Source: Lepidodermella squamata
Taxonomy: Eukaryota > Animalia > Gastrotricha
NCBI GenBank assembly: GCA_047495785.1
Contig: JBLDXI010000055.1
Location: 372,001 to 436,000, forward strand
DNA: 64,000 bases
Direction: 5' to 3'
In this document: in pieces, positions 50,220 through 62,971 of the stretch
Layout of the letters: the number at the start of each line of letters is the position of its first letter
Numbering within the stretch: the first letter of the stretch is position 1
Notes under the pieces: model-generated
Told to the model about the DNA's origin: nothing
Seen by the model: only the letters and a program-made list of their open reading frames with translations
Databases searched by the model: none
Made by a program: the position numbers and the translations under genes

Positions 50220-51112
50220 TGAAATTTTTCAGCTGATTTAATAAACCTATAAAAATGGAGAATTCGGCGCTCTCAACTCTCTAGTAACTCTAAACCACTG
50301 TCTGAAATGAAAAAATAATGTCCAGCTATTCGGGAGTTTTTATTGCATATCGCAAATATTCATGATTATTGCGAGAAATTCCCGAAAAGCGCGCGCTCAC
50401 AAGACGCGCATAATACGTATAATATTGACCTGAGTACTACGCGCGCGCGCGCCCGGCCTGTGCGCCACCACATACGCTGATGTCGCTTTGGTCCACCGTC
50501 CTTCGTCACTCCATCAAGTCTAAAAGTAGCTCACTCTTATACTTATACTGTAGCCATATATAGAGTTGATGATACTATAAGCTATAAGCTTTAAGGTAAA
50601 CAGCTAGTAAGCCTTGTCGATATTTGATTTAGTATTTCACTACCTGTTTCTGAATAAACTGTGAACAGAGAGCAAGCGGGATGCGGATCGCGCGGGCACC
50701 ACGCTGGGCACTGATTACGCGAGGTGGCAAAATTGGTGTGATTTTTCAAGTGACACTTCGCACTTGAAATTTGACGAAACTCAGCTCATCTCTATATCTG
50801 TATATTAATCACTTTATTATTTTAATGCATAATACGCATGACTGACTGAATTTTTCAAACATAAAATCACTAAATCAATCACTGGAAAATCGATTGATCG
50901 ACAGGGAAATTTAACGGTTCTCGTGATAGGTGAGAACTCCAGCTGAGCACGAAAATGGTATATAAAGACCCTAATTTCAGGCTGATTTCTCACTTTTACA
51001 ATTGAGAACGGAACTCTGCCCGATTTTACACCCAATATAGCGCTCCTTTCATAAAAGTCTGTTCTGCAATTCAAACTCGCAGTTTTATGTAATAAAACTT
51101 TTGTAAAATTGC

Positions 51113-51931
51113 TTAAATATCTGCTCCATGTTTGATCAACAAATCGACAATAGGGATGTTACCCCTGGAGGCCGCGGCCATCAAGGGTGTCCAATTATTG
51201 CGGGTGTCTCGACTCTTTGAATCAGCTCGATGGCCGTCGACCAGAAACTCGACAATATCGAAATGCCCGTTATAAGCCGCTCGATTCAGCGCTGTTTCAT
51301 TATAAGCGTTTTTCGCCTCAAGAAACAGCGCTTTGTCGACCTGAAGCAGGTACGCGACAACGCCGAGATGGCCGTTTTCGGAAGCAAGGTGAATCGCCAT
51401 GGATCTGGAGTGATCGCTGCGCCGCGAGGTGAGATTTACTTTCATTTCTTCAACTAAAAACTGAACGATATCGGCGTGCCCATGAGCAGCGGCTTGCAAC
51501 AACGGCGTTGCTTCGAAATCATCAGCATCCTTGTGATCTGCAAACCGCTGCACAAATATTTCGGAAGAATTTTTCGAGGAATCACAGCATTGCTCCTCTG
51601 CTGTTTTTAAGGTGGATTTTAGTGCTTGCAAGTCACCGTTTTCAGCCGATTCGTGAAGTTTTTTCGCGAGGTGCTGATACTGAAATAGGCAAATTTAATT
51701 AAATTTAATTTTCTGCGCTTAAATTACCAATTTCCGCCTGCGCTCGGCAATTCGATGTTTCAAGAGTTGAGCTTGCATTCTCATCATTTGAGAATTAGGA
51801 TTTACCAGCGATAGAGAGTCGTCACCACGATTGCTTTGATTTAAGGAATTATTCAGATTTGCCATGTTTAAACTGGACCAGTAGCAATCGACGGGAAAAT
51901 ATTGCAGGTCAAATGAGACCGGATTCGCCAT
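51113..51931 (-). CDS. Ankyrin-repeat protein (gene H), 2 exons
   Basis: TPLLQAAAHGH, AIHLASENGH, TALNRAAYNGH, WTPLMAAASRGN; intron near 51679-51727. Start may instead be 51865. Confidence 0.75.
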
Positions 51932-52592
51932 TTAATTTACCTCTTATGAAAAAATTCATATAAAATGCATTGCCTATATGTGATATAAGTGAACGTTGTC
52001 GACGCTGGCAGAAACTCGTTTTATAGGTGAGTAGGGGAAAATTATACCATGTTTCAGCCGCGTAGTTTTTACTTTCTTGCTGATTACTATTATCTACAAC
52101 GGGCAAGTACATGTGAACGTTTTTTGCCAGCTCTACGCGCGGCATGAATGCCCGAAATGGGTGTTTACCTGTACTCTGGCTCGTTGACAAAGGATTGATA
52201 CAAACAGCTATAGTCGACTGAAAAATTGACTCGTGACAAATAATAAGATGAACCCGCCTGATCACACGAGAAAGATTTGAAATTTAATCCTACGTTAGCA
52301 AAAAATGGGGGAGTTATACAATTTATTCAGGTAAATATAAGGCGGCCATTCATATTGGGAATTGCGAAGTTATAAATGAATGGCTACAACCGGATACAAT
52401 CGTATCAGTCCGAATTGCATCAGAAACCGCAATGACTCATATTAAGGCGTGCCACATCGACGAGCCCTAATAAATTGGGAAAATTATTATTAGCAAATTT
52501 TATTTACGAATTTTGTTCCAGATTTTACGTGATTGAAAGCATCAGTATTGAGGTAAAACGCTGCTGTTGTTTGTAGACCCTGTTATACCAAA

Positions 52593-53136
52593 ATGTCATC
52601 AACATTTTCCGATAACAGCCCTACAACTGAAACCTGTTCGCCGGCAGCTGTGAATAATGCATTGGATCACGTTGGCCGAGCTTGGTACCGTGATCGATTC
52701 ATCGTCATGGCGATATCTTTGATCGGCGCCCTCTTCACTGGCCTGGTAGGCGCTGTCGAAATAATCAACAAGTCAGTTCGCAACGAATCTCTCAACAAAG
52801 TGCTGTCTTTCTCCATCTGCCTCGCTGTTGGTGTCTTAATTGCTATCATTTTTAGCGCTATGATTTTTCGTTTATCCGCTCAAATGAGTTGCAGGCGTCT
52901 AAATTCCAAGTTCGTTCATAATTTTTCAAATTTAACCTGAACATTTTTATGCGAAATTAATTTTTAGAAAAAATGTGGACCAAGATGACGATTGCCGAGC
53001 TGATGCGAACATTTTCCGAATCGACATTCCTCTCGTTCATCACTCCCAAACGACAGCCGGCATCGAAGTTCGGAATTCGACGATCGAAATGCCGCAAGGA
53101 GGAGCTCTGAGACGGGCGGTATCTGCCCCGTTGTAG
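52593..53136 (+). CDS. Small two-TM hypothetical protein, probably 2 exons
   Basis: AAAATG start, two hydrophobic helices, TTTTTAG acceptor near 52967, open frame to TAG at 53136 followed by AATAAA. Donor not fixed. Confidence 0.5.
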
Positions 53137-53547
53137 AAATAAAAAGCATAATTTCAGAGGGGAAGAGTAAAAGAAAAGGAGTTGATAACAATCCGCATCG
53201 GTCTATAAATTTTGGCAGCTATTTTGCTCAACGTTTCCACTTTTCATTATTAGTTTGCTCAATCGTAAATCTACTGACAAAACTGGTTTCATTCCCATTG
53301 CCATTAAGTTGAATGAATAAACAAACAGATGGCATGTGATGTTCATCTTCCAGATATAATTTGCGGCCGTGATATAATTTTTTCTTATAGATTTCTTACA
53401 TAAATAATTTTGTGGTCTCGAATCTCCGGAACTTCGCGGACTCTGTGAAGACTGAAGGCTTCGGTAGCTATTTCTTGCTAATTCTTGCTGTATAATTTAA
53501 TTTCTCATATTTTTAGGATTAGGTTACCTTTTGTGTAATTATTATCA

Positions 53548-54104
53548 ATGGAGCAGATAAAGCGCCTGAACAAATTTCTGGACGAATTCTGCCATATTTG
53601 GCAAAACGATCCGGTCATTGGCCTTTTAGTGAAGTGGTTTTCAGGAGCCATGGGCCTCCAGATGGCTTGGCTAAGCGCTAAAGATGCTCTCAATGCATTT
53701 ATCGCCGGTTTTCAATGTTTCTTTCTTGTCCTTGGTGTATTTCGCATGGGATCTCAATTCATTTTAATTAACGAAGAATCAAGGTAATGACTACTTTTCA
53801 CTTTTTACGCCAGCAAAAATACTTTCCGTATTTGTTCCAATACCCCGGGCTACTAACATTTTCTTTTTCGTGAATTGTTCATTTTTTTGTTTTCAAACAG
53901 ACTTGCTCGCTCAACCATGGGCTATTATTAGGGTTGGGCGATTAAGTATTAGCGACTGGGCTACTAGTGGAACAAATACGGTAACTACGATTAACACAAA
54001 CTGATCTATTTTATTTTGAAACATATTTTGATGCTGATAGCTCACAAGTCCTTACCCAGGGCACTGGTAACCGGCAATTGCCTACCAACATGGCAAATGC
54101 TTAA
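53548..54104 (+). CDS. Small hydrophobic hypothetical protein or gene fragment
   Basis: 79-aa ORF ending at donor AAG|GTAATG; possible last exon from 54041; possible upstream exon ending near 53463. Confidence 0.3.
53826..53981. mobile_element. Tc1/pogo-type MITE (156 bp)
   Basis: 14-bp perfect TIR CCGTATTTGTTCCA / TGGAACAAATACGG, TA on the right side, internal GGGCTA repeats. Confidence 0.75.
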
Positions 54105-54493
54105 CTTGGAGGTTTGCGGGAAGACACCTAAGACCCTAGATTGGGTGGACGCCTGTCACTGATCGATTATTAGTGAATACATTCAAAATCTCAAAATCTC
54201 TCATGATGTAAATAATTTCAACCTCACGTTCGACGTCATAATGTTTTACCGGTTCTTCTTATTCATGACTTTTACTTGCAAGACTGCTGAAATTTCAAAA
54301 ACCCGAGTTAATCTATGTATTATAATGTATATAATGTATTATAATACCTCTTTCCATTCTGATGCATTCTTTTCCCCTGTACCTGTATCCGGGATCATGT
54401 ATAGCTGACCAAGCCTCATTTATTCCATACTTAATCGTTCATTTATACAATAAAAACACATTGTACAGTGTACAGTTAGACAAGGAGTTGGGA

Positions 54494-55637
54494 TTATGTT
54501 GGTCGGAATCCCATGATCCCAGAAGCTGATGAGCACGTCAGAACCGAACAAGCTTGCCACTTTCGAAGAACTGCAAAATATTTGGACAATTTCACCAAAC
54601 TGGTCTGCAGTAATATGAAAACTAACTTATGTGATACTCCAGAATCGAATATTTCGAATCTGGACAGCAATTATTCGCGAAGTAAGACTTCTTCATCGAA
54701 GTCTCAACCACTTCGACGCCGTGTTGAGGCTGAAGATGTTTCAACAGCCGTTCCTCGGCATCTTTATGAAGTGAATAGTCGATTTGCTTTGAATTCAGCG
54801 TGAAACTGCCGAACTTGAACGTACAATTCTTAATTTGAAATAATTCTATAATTAAATGTTTAAAAATTTGCTGTAAAAATGTCACCAGCTTTCCGACGAG
54901 GTCAGGATCGTAGCAAGTTGTTTCGAGAGTAACTTTGGGGCTCCAAATTGCAGTACCATTCCACGAGACGACAACGTCAAAAGCATCCATCTCACTCTTC
55001 TCATGGGCCATGCTTGCTCCGACGCTTTATTGATAAAAAAAAACTTAACTTTGCTATAGGAGAGAAATTTCGACTCACTCAAGCCAATTGATAAAATCCG
55101 GTCTCCTGATGAAACATGAACTCAATGCCTGGGGTTACCTATGATCATCTTACCATATACGAATCGCCGGAAGAGCGATGTATTTTATGCCGTCAAACGA
55201 ATCAGGCTCCCACGTCAGGAACTGGTCTATCCATCGCTTGAAGAATTACAATAGGTTCAATTGAATAATTTCCGCGACGCAAAGCTTCTTTACCAGCTCT
55301 AGCCATGCGGCAAATTTCGCGGAAATTGCCTCGAGATACAGGACACTCTGAAGGGCGAAACTTGCTTCAACCTTGATAGCTTCGCGACTTGAAAATTAAA
55401 AAATTATTAGGAATAAAAAGTTCGATAACCATGCTCAAACCTGTTTCTGACCGGCCGACCTTGTATGCCCAAGTTACTGTACGTAGTCAGCAGAAGTTTG
55501 GCAAGATCCTTCTCCGGCGCGATTGAATCTAAGGGGGTAAATTAAGCACTAGTTATGCTTATTTAGGCGGCTTAACTACCTGCGCGAGAGTTGGAAATCA
55601 AGCACAAGATTAGCACAAAAATGAGCATCATCATCAT
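54494..55637 (-). CDS. Secreted Cys-loop ligand-binding-domain-only protein (acetylcholine-binding-protein-like), about 7 exons
   Basis: Signal peptide MMMMLIFVLILCLIS; GRPV; WIDQFLTWEPDSFDGI; VSWNGTAIWSP; TTC..NCTFKFGS; loop C YFANNCCPDSKY; EYHIILRK then stop with no TM helices. Confidence 0.75.
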
Positions 55638-56076
55638 TTTGCACCCAGTTATCGACACGCAGAGATATACAGTTATTATTCACGGCTGCCAGCTGAAAAT
55701 GTCTCCACTTCAAACAAACATAAATACATCCAGCATTTGTTTGTCGCTCAGAAGTGATTAATTTTGCGGCCGCACTGCTATTGTTCAATCAAATGAGATT
55801 ATTTATCTATAACCCGCAAAAAAATCGGTCGATATGAGAGGCGCGAAATGAGAACAGAGACTTCTCGATTGTGTGTTTTGTCCTTTGTCACCGATATATC
55901 GATATATTTTATTAACGAAAAATATAGGCTGCGCGACTTGAATGGCGGGCACTTTATTATCAAAACAAAATGAACATGGGTGTTGTGAAAATAAAACGTA
56001 AAAATTTCACCGAAAAATCACGAAAAATTGTTTGAGGTATTATATAACTAGCGTCAATTTGACTATAAAAGCGGCC

Positions 56077-57453
56077 TCAGAATAGACTTCGCATCTCATC
56101 ACTGGCGGCCAAATCGATAGCTGATTTGCCATCATCATTTTTCAGTGATTTATCCGCGCCCATTAGTAGTAGCAACTTGGCGAAAATTCCATAATTCAAA
56201 TACGATGCCATCATAAGTGGCGTCCAGCTGGCGCCGATGACCATCGAAGTCTTGGCCGTCGCGACAAAGTAAGCAAATCGCTGTGTTGACTTGACATTCG
56301 GATAAGCCCCGTGATCGAGGAGTATCTCCCCGGTTGCCACATCGTTATTCTTCACGGCGAAGAACAACGCCGTCCAGCCGCATTCAGCCTTAATTTCAAC
56401 GTTGGCGCCGTGTTGTAGTAGCAATTTAACAATATCGCGATAGCCGCGGTGAATAGCGGCGATCAGAGCTGTCCAGCCTGACCCGTCTTGATGGTCAATA
56501 TGTGCGCCATTTTCCAACAAAAGTTGGACAATTTTCGTTTTGCCGTGATATGCAGCCGACGTTAAAGCTGTCACACCGTGGAAATTTACCAAATTCACCA
56601 AAGCGCCACGTTCCAGCAGAAACTTGGCTGTTTCCGTCTGGCCATATTTGCTAGGGGTGAATCAATTTTAAAACATATCTTAACAATTCAACTTGAATTC
56701 ACCTAGCGCAAATCAGTGGCGTCAAAGAGTAGATATTTCGGTGGTTAACATCTGCGCCGTTGTCGATAAGAATTCGAGCAATTTCGCGGTGGCCGAATTT
56801 GCTCGCGTGAATCAGCGCTGTTGATCGCGAGAAATCAATGTGATCAACATTGGCGCCGTGGTTCAACAAAATTCCAACGAGTTCGATATAGCCAGCTTTC
56901 GTAGCATAAATCAAAGCTGTCGAGCCGGAATCGTCGTCAAATTCAATGTCATCTTTATCGGCCACATTCAACAGCTCGATAACTGCGCTCACGTCGTTGC
57001 TTTGAACAGCCGATAACAAGCGCTTGCCAACACCTTTACCAGCCTAGTGAGTCAACGAATTAGTAACGATTTGGATTCTCTACAAATCACATACTTCCGA
57101 TTGGTTGTGTTCATCGAACAGGACGTTATTAAGTTCCTGTTAATATGATAGAAATTCGTGAAAATATATTTTTTCAGATTTTTTAGTTCGAACCTGATTT
57201 CGCTTTGTAAGAGCCGCTTCTAAATGGTCTTGAATATGTTGCGAAATTTCCAAATCCTGATGTAATTATTGGAGGTTAATTTCTTGATTTTCGCAAATTA
57301 TATGGCTTAATTAACCTCAACAGCTTGATGCAGCTCGAGTCGGAGCCGGTTGTTTTCGGCCATCAAATCAACGCTTAGCTTACGCGTTCGTGGAACTTGG
57401 GTGCTATCAAGACTCATTCTACGTTCGTCAGATGGTGGAATAGTTGATTGCAT
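56077..57453 (-). CDS. Short coiled-coil + long ankyrin-repeat protein (gene G), paralog of gene F
   Basis: DDDSGSTALIYA, GWTALIAAI, WTALFFAVKN, WTPLMMASYL; shares an intron position (before KYGQ) and an RF.YF/RFSFF insert with F. Confidence 0.8.
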
Positions 57454-57884
57454 TTTTCTCAAATTATTATGAATTTTGCTTCAAAAGTTTTACATTTAAA
57501 TTGAAAATCTTTGACAATAAAACAATGGATATGCTAAGCCGAGCAGACAAACGAGTTTATATAGACAAGGTCACATGACGCTTCAGCCGCTGAAATAAAC
57601 ACACGTGCGGTCTGGCGCGCATTTATATGGCGAAAATAATAATAAAAAATGCGCACACACCGCATAAATAGCCGCGTTTGCCGTCACGTGATGTCTGCGC
57701 ACCGAAAGCCGCATCGCATACACACATAAAAAAGCGCATTACAAATAGTGCTTGCGCATATTCCTTAAAAAGGGTAAGAAAAACAAGAATAATTGGAATA
57801 ATTATCCGATGCTTATGATGGCGTTGTAGACTCTAAAAATTCATCATTGGAAAATAATAGTATTTTGAGTTTCGAAATTATATA

Positions 57885-58056
57885 CCGTGAATGCCGATTT
57901 ACATGGCAGGACCGAAATATAGGCCATGGCTAGACCCCTCCTAGGAATTGAAACCTTGTTTTGCATTGATATTGACCAGGCAAGCAATTCACTGATTTTT
58001 CAGCAAATGCCCTTCAAAAAAATGGAAGACAGTGCCCGATCATTCGGCATTTACGG
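57885..58056. mobile_element. Tc1/pogo-type MITE (172 bp)
   Basis: TA|CCGTGAATGCCGA ... TCGGCATTTACGG|TA. Confidence 0.75.
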
Positions 58057-58487
58057 TATTATTAAAACGGCATATAAACTCACATTATAGGCGCTTATTT
58101 CCTAATCTGTTTTTGAGTTCAGGATAAGTAAAAGCAAACTTGGTCTGAGCATATATTTATGGTACTTTTACGAGTTGCATTTCTCAGCCTTGGGGTCTCC
58201 TTTTTTTGTTTTTAGCTGGAAATGATGTGCAAGGCACAGAATGAATTCGCTAAGTAGGTATTTTCCATTTTTGCCCTAAAAAGACTAAGATCAAAATAAT
58301 GACCCTACATCCCACTCCGTTATGACTTTACAACCTCTGTTGTCTTGCCAAAAACCTTGATTAGCAGAGGGCAAGCTAATTAGCATCCGCATCGGAATCG
58401 TAATTAGTTATATCTCGAAGGTGAAAGAATCCCCGCGCTTTCTTCACCTCTCATGATGTTGTAAGATTCATCCTGAATCGCAGAAAA

Positions 58488-60950
58488 ATGTTCAAAGTAT
58501 TAATGGCTTTATCAAATTGTCTACTATGTTGTTGCGTGGCGATGACGGATAATTATACAACTAAACGCCACAGCCTTTCTTTGCTTGCAATGGTGCCTTT
58601 GACAGGAAAAGAGCCGGCAGATGGAAAGGCCTGTTCGACGGCTATGGGTATAGTAATAGATAAATTGCGAAATAACTCTGTATTACTGCCTGATTACGTC
58701 GTTCAGCTGACAATCAAAGACGAAGGAAGAAATGCGATAAAAGCTTCATCGGCCCTGGTTGATTTTTTAGATCCGATACTGACGAGCGGATCTTCGTCCG
58801 CGATTTACCGCTCTCCTGTTGTTGTAGGACCCAGCATAACTTGCCAATATGTCAATGCCGTAGCCAAGGAGTTACGAATCACCGAATTCTCACAATTCTG
58901 CGCAGGGCCTTACTTGGTAAATCGTCGCATTCTGCCGAATCTTTACCGAATTCAAATGCCAGGGGAATACAGTATAATTCCGATCTTACTTATCATGAAA
59001 AATATCGGAAATTGGCGTCAAATGGCTGTTTTCACTTACTCCTTGAATGTTAACGAGTATACTATGGCGAAAACGTTGAACGAAAAAGCTGCTGAAAATG
59101 GAATTGAAGTGTTGTATTACCATAACGAAGATGATTTGCGGCTGGATAACGTTTTAGCTGCAAAAGCTAGTGGGGCACGAATTTTCGCGCTAATTTTTCT
59201 CCAAGTGGCCATGTGCGTTCAATTTCTGTGCAATTCTTTCTTAGCCGGAATGCGGGCTCCTCACTACGTTTTCCTTGCCCAAATTTTCTGCTTCTTCACG
59301 GCCGATAGCCCTGATCTGAAGTTACCAAATGGTTGCACTCGTGAGATGGTTTACGAACAGATGAAAATTACGTTTTGGTCGGGCGTTATGCCGACAAATA
59401 CCAGAACTAGGGCAGCTATTAACACGACTCTAGGCTACGATTTGAACTGGTTTGAAGCTGAAATGCGTCGGAGACTTGCGGGCAACCTTCCTGCCGATTT
59501 CGACCAGCGGCATTTATGCCACGATACCATAACAGCTGCTATGGTCACCCTGGACAAAGGCGAGCGAATTTTAAAAGAACGGCATAATTCATCCATCAGA
59601 GATTTTGCTTCAAATCCTCGCTTAGTTGCCTCGGCAATGAACGAAAGCGCGAACTCCTTAGATTTTGTTGGGATCAGATTCGGGAGAATCAAATACTCAG
59701 ATCGCTTTGAACTGGCCGAAGAAGACATGTGGGTGATGCAATGGTCGCCAGAAAGAACAAAACTGTTGTATCGCGTTCCATGGAAGTATCTATCAGACCA
59801 AAATGCGATGTACAACCTTAGCAATTACTATCTCAGTGAAATTGAGCCGCCTAAGTGGTTGACGTTATCTGGAAGTCCTCCGCGGGATCTTTCAGCAATC
59901 AGCCTTCGCTATGATTACATCCCGTTATCAGCTGTAATCTCTATAGCCGCGTTTGCTTTCGGGATTATTTCGTTCAATGCATGTGCAGTTTTTATTGCAG
60001 AGAAAAAAGACAAGTTAGCGAAAGGCAGACGATACTCAAATATTTTCTTTGTGATGGGCTCTACATTTCTCTCCCTGGGTTCGGCGTATTTTGTGGTCGT
60101 GCCTCATGTAGATTCGAATGACGTCAGTTATTGTCAGTTCCGAGTCATCCTGCCTATAATGGGATCGAACTTGATGCTTTTTGTAAATTTTGGTCGCTTA
60201 CTGGCGTTGACCGGAATTCTGAAAAAATTTCGGTTGCCAGTCCCTGCGGCTGCGTCGAGAGCTTCCACAGAAAGCTTTGGAAGACCTTCTGCTGAAATTA
60301 ATTTAAACCTTTTGACCGATCGGGATTGGAGCTTTGTTGATAACAAAGCTATGAAGTTATCTGTATGTTCAGCTTTATTGGTCGTTTTGTTGTTAGCAAG
60401 CTGGGTCTTAGGCCCGTCCGCTGATTTCAGGCTGGACATGGATTCAACCCCTGTTGCTTTTGACGAAATCAACGACACATTTTACGTCATTAGTGTTGTT
60501 CACTGCTCATCGGAATATCAAATCGTTTGGCTGGGCTTCTTCTTGTCTCTTCAAGTTTTTATCATGCTAGTTGGTTGCTGCTTGGCGTACGAAGCTTCGA
60601 AATTCAAAATCGGCACGTTTTACCTGCAGGAAATCAACATTTGTCGAATGCTTCAGCTTACGAGTCTTACGATTTATTCTGCCGCGATACTTGCTATTCT
60701 TATCTTCTCCAGTAGACCGAACTTGTGGGCGATTGCTGTATCAGGAAGCATGCTTCTACAATCACTGTCGGCATCTATTGTTTGGTTCTATCCCCTCCTA
60801 TTCAGCAGTAAATCTGCTATTGGGTACAACGCATTGCCACGCTACACACTACATAGTACTATGACGATGCGAACATCGGGGCCCGCAATGATCGCCAGGA
60901 AATCATCCAACGTTAGGCCGAGGATGCTTTTCACAAGTTATGATCTATGA
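58488..60950 (+). CDS. Intronless class C GPCR, GABA-B receptor-like, 820 aa
   Basis: Single ORF with signal peptide, flytrap domain and 7TM; long identical blocks shared with 20490-23604 (LAMVPLTGKEPA, FSQFCAGPYLVNR, DFDQRHLCHD). Confidence 0.9.
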   Translation: MFKVLMALSNCLLCCCVAMTDNYTTKRHSLSLLAMVPLTGKEPADGKACSTAMGIVIDKLRNNSVLLPDYVVQLTIKDEGRNAIKASSALVDFLDPILTSGSSSAIYRSPVVVGPSITCQYVNAVAKELRITEFSQFCAGPYLVNRRILPNLYRIQMPGEYSIIPILLIMKNIGNWRQMAVFTYSLNVNEYTMAKTLNEKAAENGIEVLYYHNEDDLRLDNVLAAKASGARIFALIFLQVAMCVQFLCNSFLAGMRAPHYVFLAQIFCFFTADSPDLKLPNGCTREMVYEQMKITFWSGVMPTNTRTRAAINTTLGYDLNWFEAEMRRRLAGNLPADFDQRHLCHDTITAAMVTLDKGERILKERHNSSIRDFASNPRLVASAMNESANSLDFVGIRFGRIKYSDRFELAEEDMWVMQWSPERTKLLYRVPWKYLSDQNAMYNLSNYYLSEIEPPKWLTLSGSPPRDLSAISLRYDYIPLSAVISIAAFAFGIISFNACAVFIAEKKDKLAKGRRYSNIFFVMGSTFLSLGSAYFVVVPHVDSNDVSYCQFRVILPIMGSNLMLFVNFGRLLALTGILKKFRLPVPAAASRASTESFGRPSAEINLNLLTDRDWSFVDNKAMKLSVCSALLVVLLLASWVLGPSADFRLDMDSTPVAFDEINDTFYVISVVHCSSEYQIVWLGFFLSLQVFIMLVGCCLAYEASKFKIGTFYLQEINICRMLQLTSLTIYSAAILAILIFSSRPNLWAIAVSGSMLLQSLSASIVWFYPLLFSSKSAIGYNALPRYTLHSTMTMRTSGPAMIARKSSNVRPRMLFTSYDL

Positions 60951-61620
60951 TAGTCCCATCGCGGTAATCGCGGCTAATCGATTGAGATGCAGAAACAGTT
61001 TTATTACCGGCTATAAGTAGTGATGGTATTAACGCTAGCTTATCAATTGAATTCGAATTCACGTCCTATGCGAAGTAAAATGTATTTTCATGCGGCCAGC
61101 TCTGAACTTGGGAGAACTTTTTCCACTAACAGGTTGTACCACTGGGATAACAGGTGCCATACACGTTGGTGCCAATCACTTTCATGCAGCACTTGACGTT
61201 TTCGAAAACAAAGTTATAACCCAATGAAATGAAAACATTGTTCATTTTACCCTCTGGTTCGTGCTGCAGCAGATAGCAGTTGCTTTGCCGCTGACAACTG
61301 ACGTGCATGATACATAATGTTGAGGACATGCGCCCTCGACAGCTGTCGGCATCAGCGCAATCATGGCAATGGCAACGAAAAGATAAATCGAGGAACGCAT
61401 AGCTAGCAGGAATTTTCGCTTTAATTATCGTTTTGAATACCGAATTATTGGGTTAGGCAGAGCTTAAATAGAGTCATTCATGCGCTTCCTGGCAATAGGC
61501 GGGAAAGTGTAGATAATTTGCACGTCGTTTCATAATTGAGAGCGATTAACCGTGGGAAGTGTTCATATTTTTTCCTGAAAGCAATGCCCTTTCCACTTGA
61601 GGAAGTCAGGGTTATCAGCC
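60868..61620 (+). repeat. About 750-bp direct duplication, second copy at approx. 62978-63771
   Basis: TGCGAACATCGGG.CCCGCAATGATCGCCA.GAAATCATCCAACG... is collinear, with divergence increasing 3'. Confidence 0.9.
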
Positions 61621-62007
61621 GTTACATTATTTATGGAAACACCAATTCCTTGGGAGCGCACAGATTGCGTTCCGTAAAAATATATATTATGGTAAATCAA
61701 ATTACCGAAGTGCGAAATGTGGCCTTTTGAATCTGCTCAGGAAATCGTGACTGCGAGGGAGCTTGTTGCGTGCAACATGGTAGTGCGGGCATATTAACCC
61801 TGAGGCGTAGCCAGGATTTATTTTTGGGGGGTGTTAATTTTTTTCGCTGCGGCCTCGAAAATTTCGGGGTCGAAAAAACACTTTAAAAGCCCATTTGCGA
61901 GAGAAGCGAGCTTTAGCTGACGCTTTTTCGGGCATTTTCAAGCTGATAATAGCCTTAGAATGCGTTAAAAGTTGCATGCTTCACAGGAAATATGTTACTG
62001 GAGACTT

Positions 62008-62512
62008 TCAGGATTTCTTTGGGGGGTGTTTAATATTAATTTTCTTCAACTGCCTTTTCATGCAGTCTGAGTAGCGCAGTTTGGGACGGCCCTGGGGTCT
62101 TTGCCACGAATCGTCTGGGGGGTCCCAATACCTAACCTGTTTCAATAGCGATTCCGAGTCTCTGCGCTCTACGTGTCCGTACCATCTTAATTGATTCCTA
62201 GCGACCTTTGTTGATAATTTTTGCGTATTACATTTTTTACTAATTGTTTCATTTCGGACCCTATCAGCCAGCCTAATTCCAGTAATGTTCCTGAGCCATT
62301 TCATCTGGCAGACATCTAGCCTTCTTTCTTCTTCACGAGTCATTGCCCATCCTTCGGACCCGAACATCACGGTTGGTACGATCACGCCGTCTAGGCATTT
62401 CATTTTGGCCTCGATTTTTAAGCTCGTATTGCTGAAAATATATTTTTTCATAGCTCCGAATTATTTATTAGCCTTTTCTATTCGATTTCTAATATCAGCA
62501 TTGCAACTACCA
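62008..62512 (-). mobile_element. Truncated non-LTR retrotransposon (RTE-like) fragment, region C-terminal of the RT core
   Basis: DIRNRIEKANK*FG, PTVMFGSEGW, WLRNITGI..DRVRNE.I, LRWYGHVERR, RPQGRPKLRYSD; contains an in-frame stop. Confidence 0.85.
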
Positions 62513-62533
62513 AGCTCAAACTTCAATAAAAAA

Positions 62534-62971
62534 AACGAACCGGAATTGAACAAGCTTCAGCCGGAGCTCCAGTCTTGCAGGTTATAACGGTACATTCCAG
62601 CTTGATCAAGTCACCGCGAGAAAGGAACCCAAAAACAGGGAACGAAAAGATATAGGCGTCATTCGAGTTGTTGACATAGCGTTGAGTTGAGACGTGTTCA
62701 CTTGGTTGCGGGAGGTCGTTCCTTCGAACGATCGGGGGCCTGGTAACTAGCTCAGGTTCATTCACGCCGAAATCGCAGGCGTCTTTCTAATGAAATGAAT
62801 CAAGATTCTCTTGAAGGAAACTTAAGAAAATTAACAAAAGAACGAACCGGAATTGAGCAAGCTTCAGCCGGAGCTCCAGTCTTGCAGGTTGTAAAACGGT
62901 ACATTCCAGCTTGATCAAGTCACCGCGAGATAGGAACCCAAAAACAGGGAACGAAAAGACATAGTCGTCAT
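62534..62971. repeat. About 130-bp direct repeat (62534-62663 and 62841-62971)
   Basis: AACGAACCGGAATTGA.CAAGCTTCAGCCGGAGCTCC...GGGAACGAAAAGA occurs twice. Confidence 0.85.

Noticed and set aside
54170-54400. Minus-strand exon-like pieces that could be TM exons of the AChBP-like gene
   Set aside because: Hydrophilic and interrupted by stops in the frames tried.
61803-61835. AGGCGTAGCCAGGATTTT..GGGGGG, resembling a MITE end
   Set aside because: No matching inverted end or TSD found.
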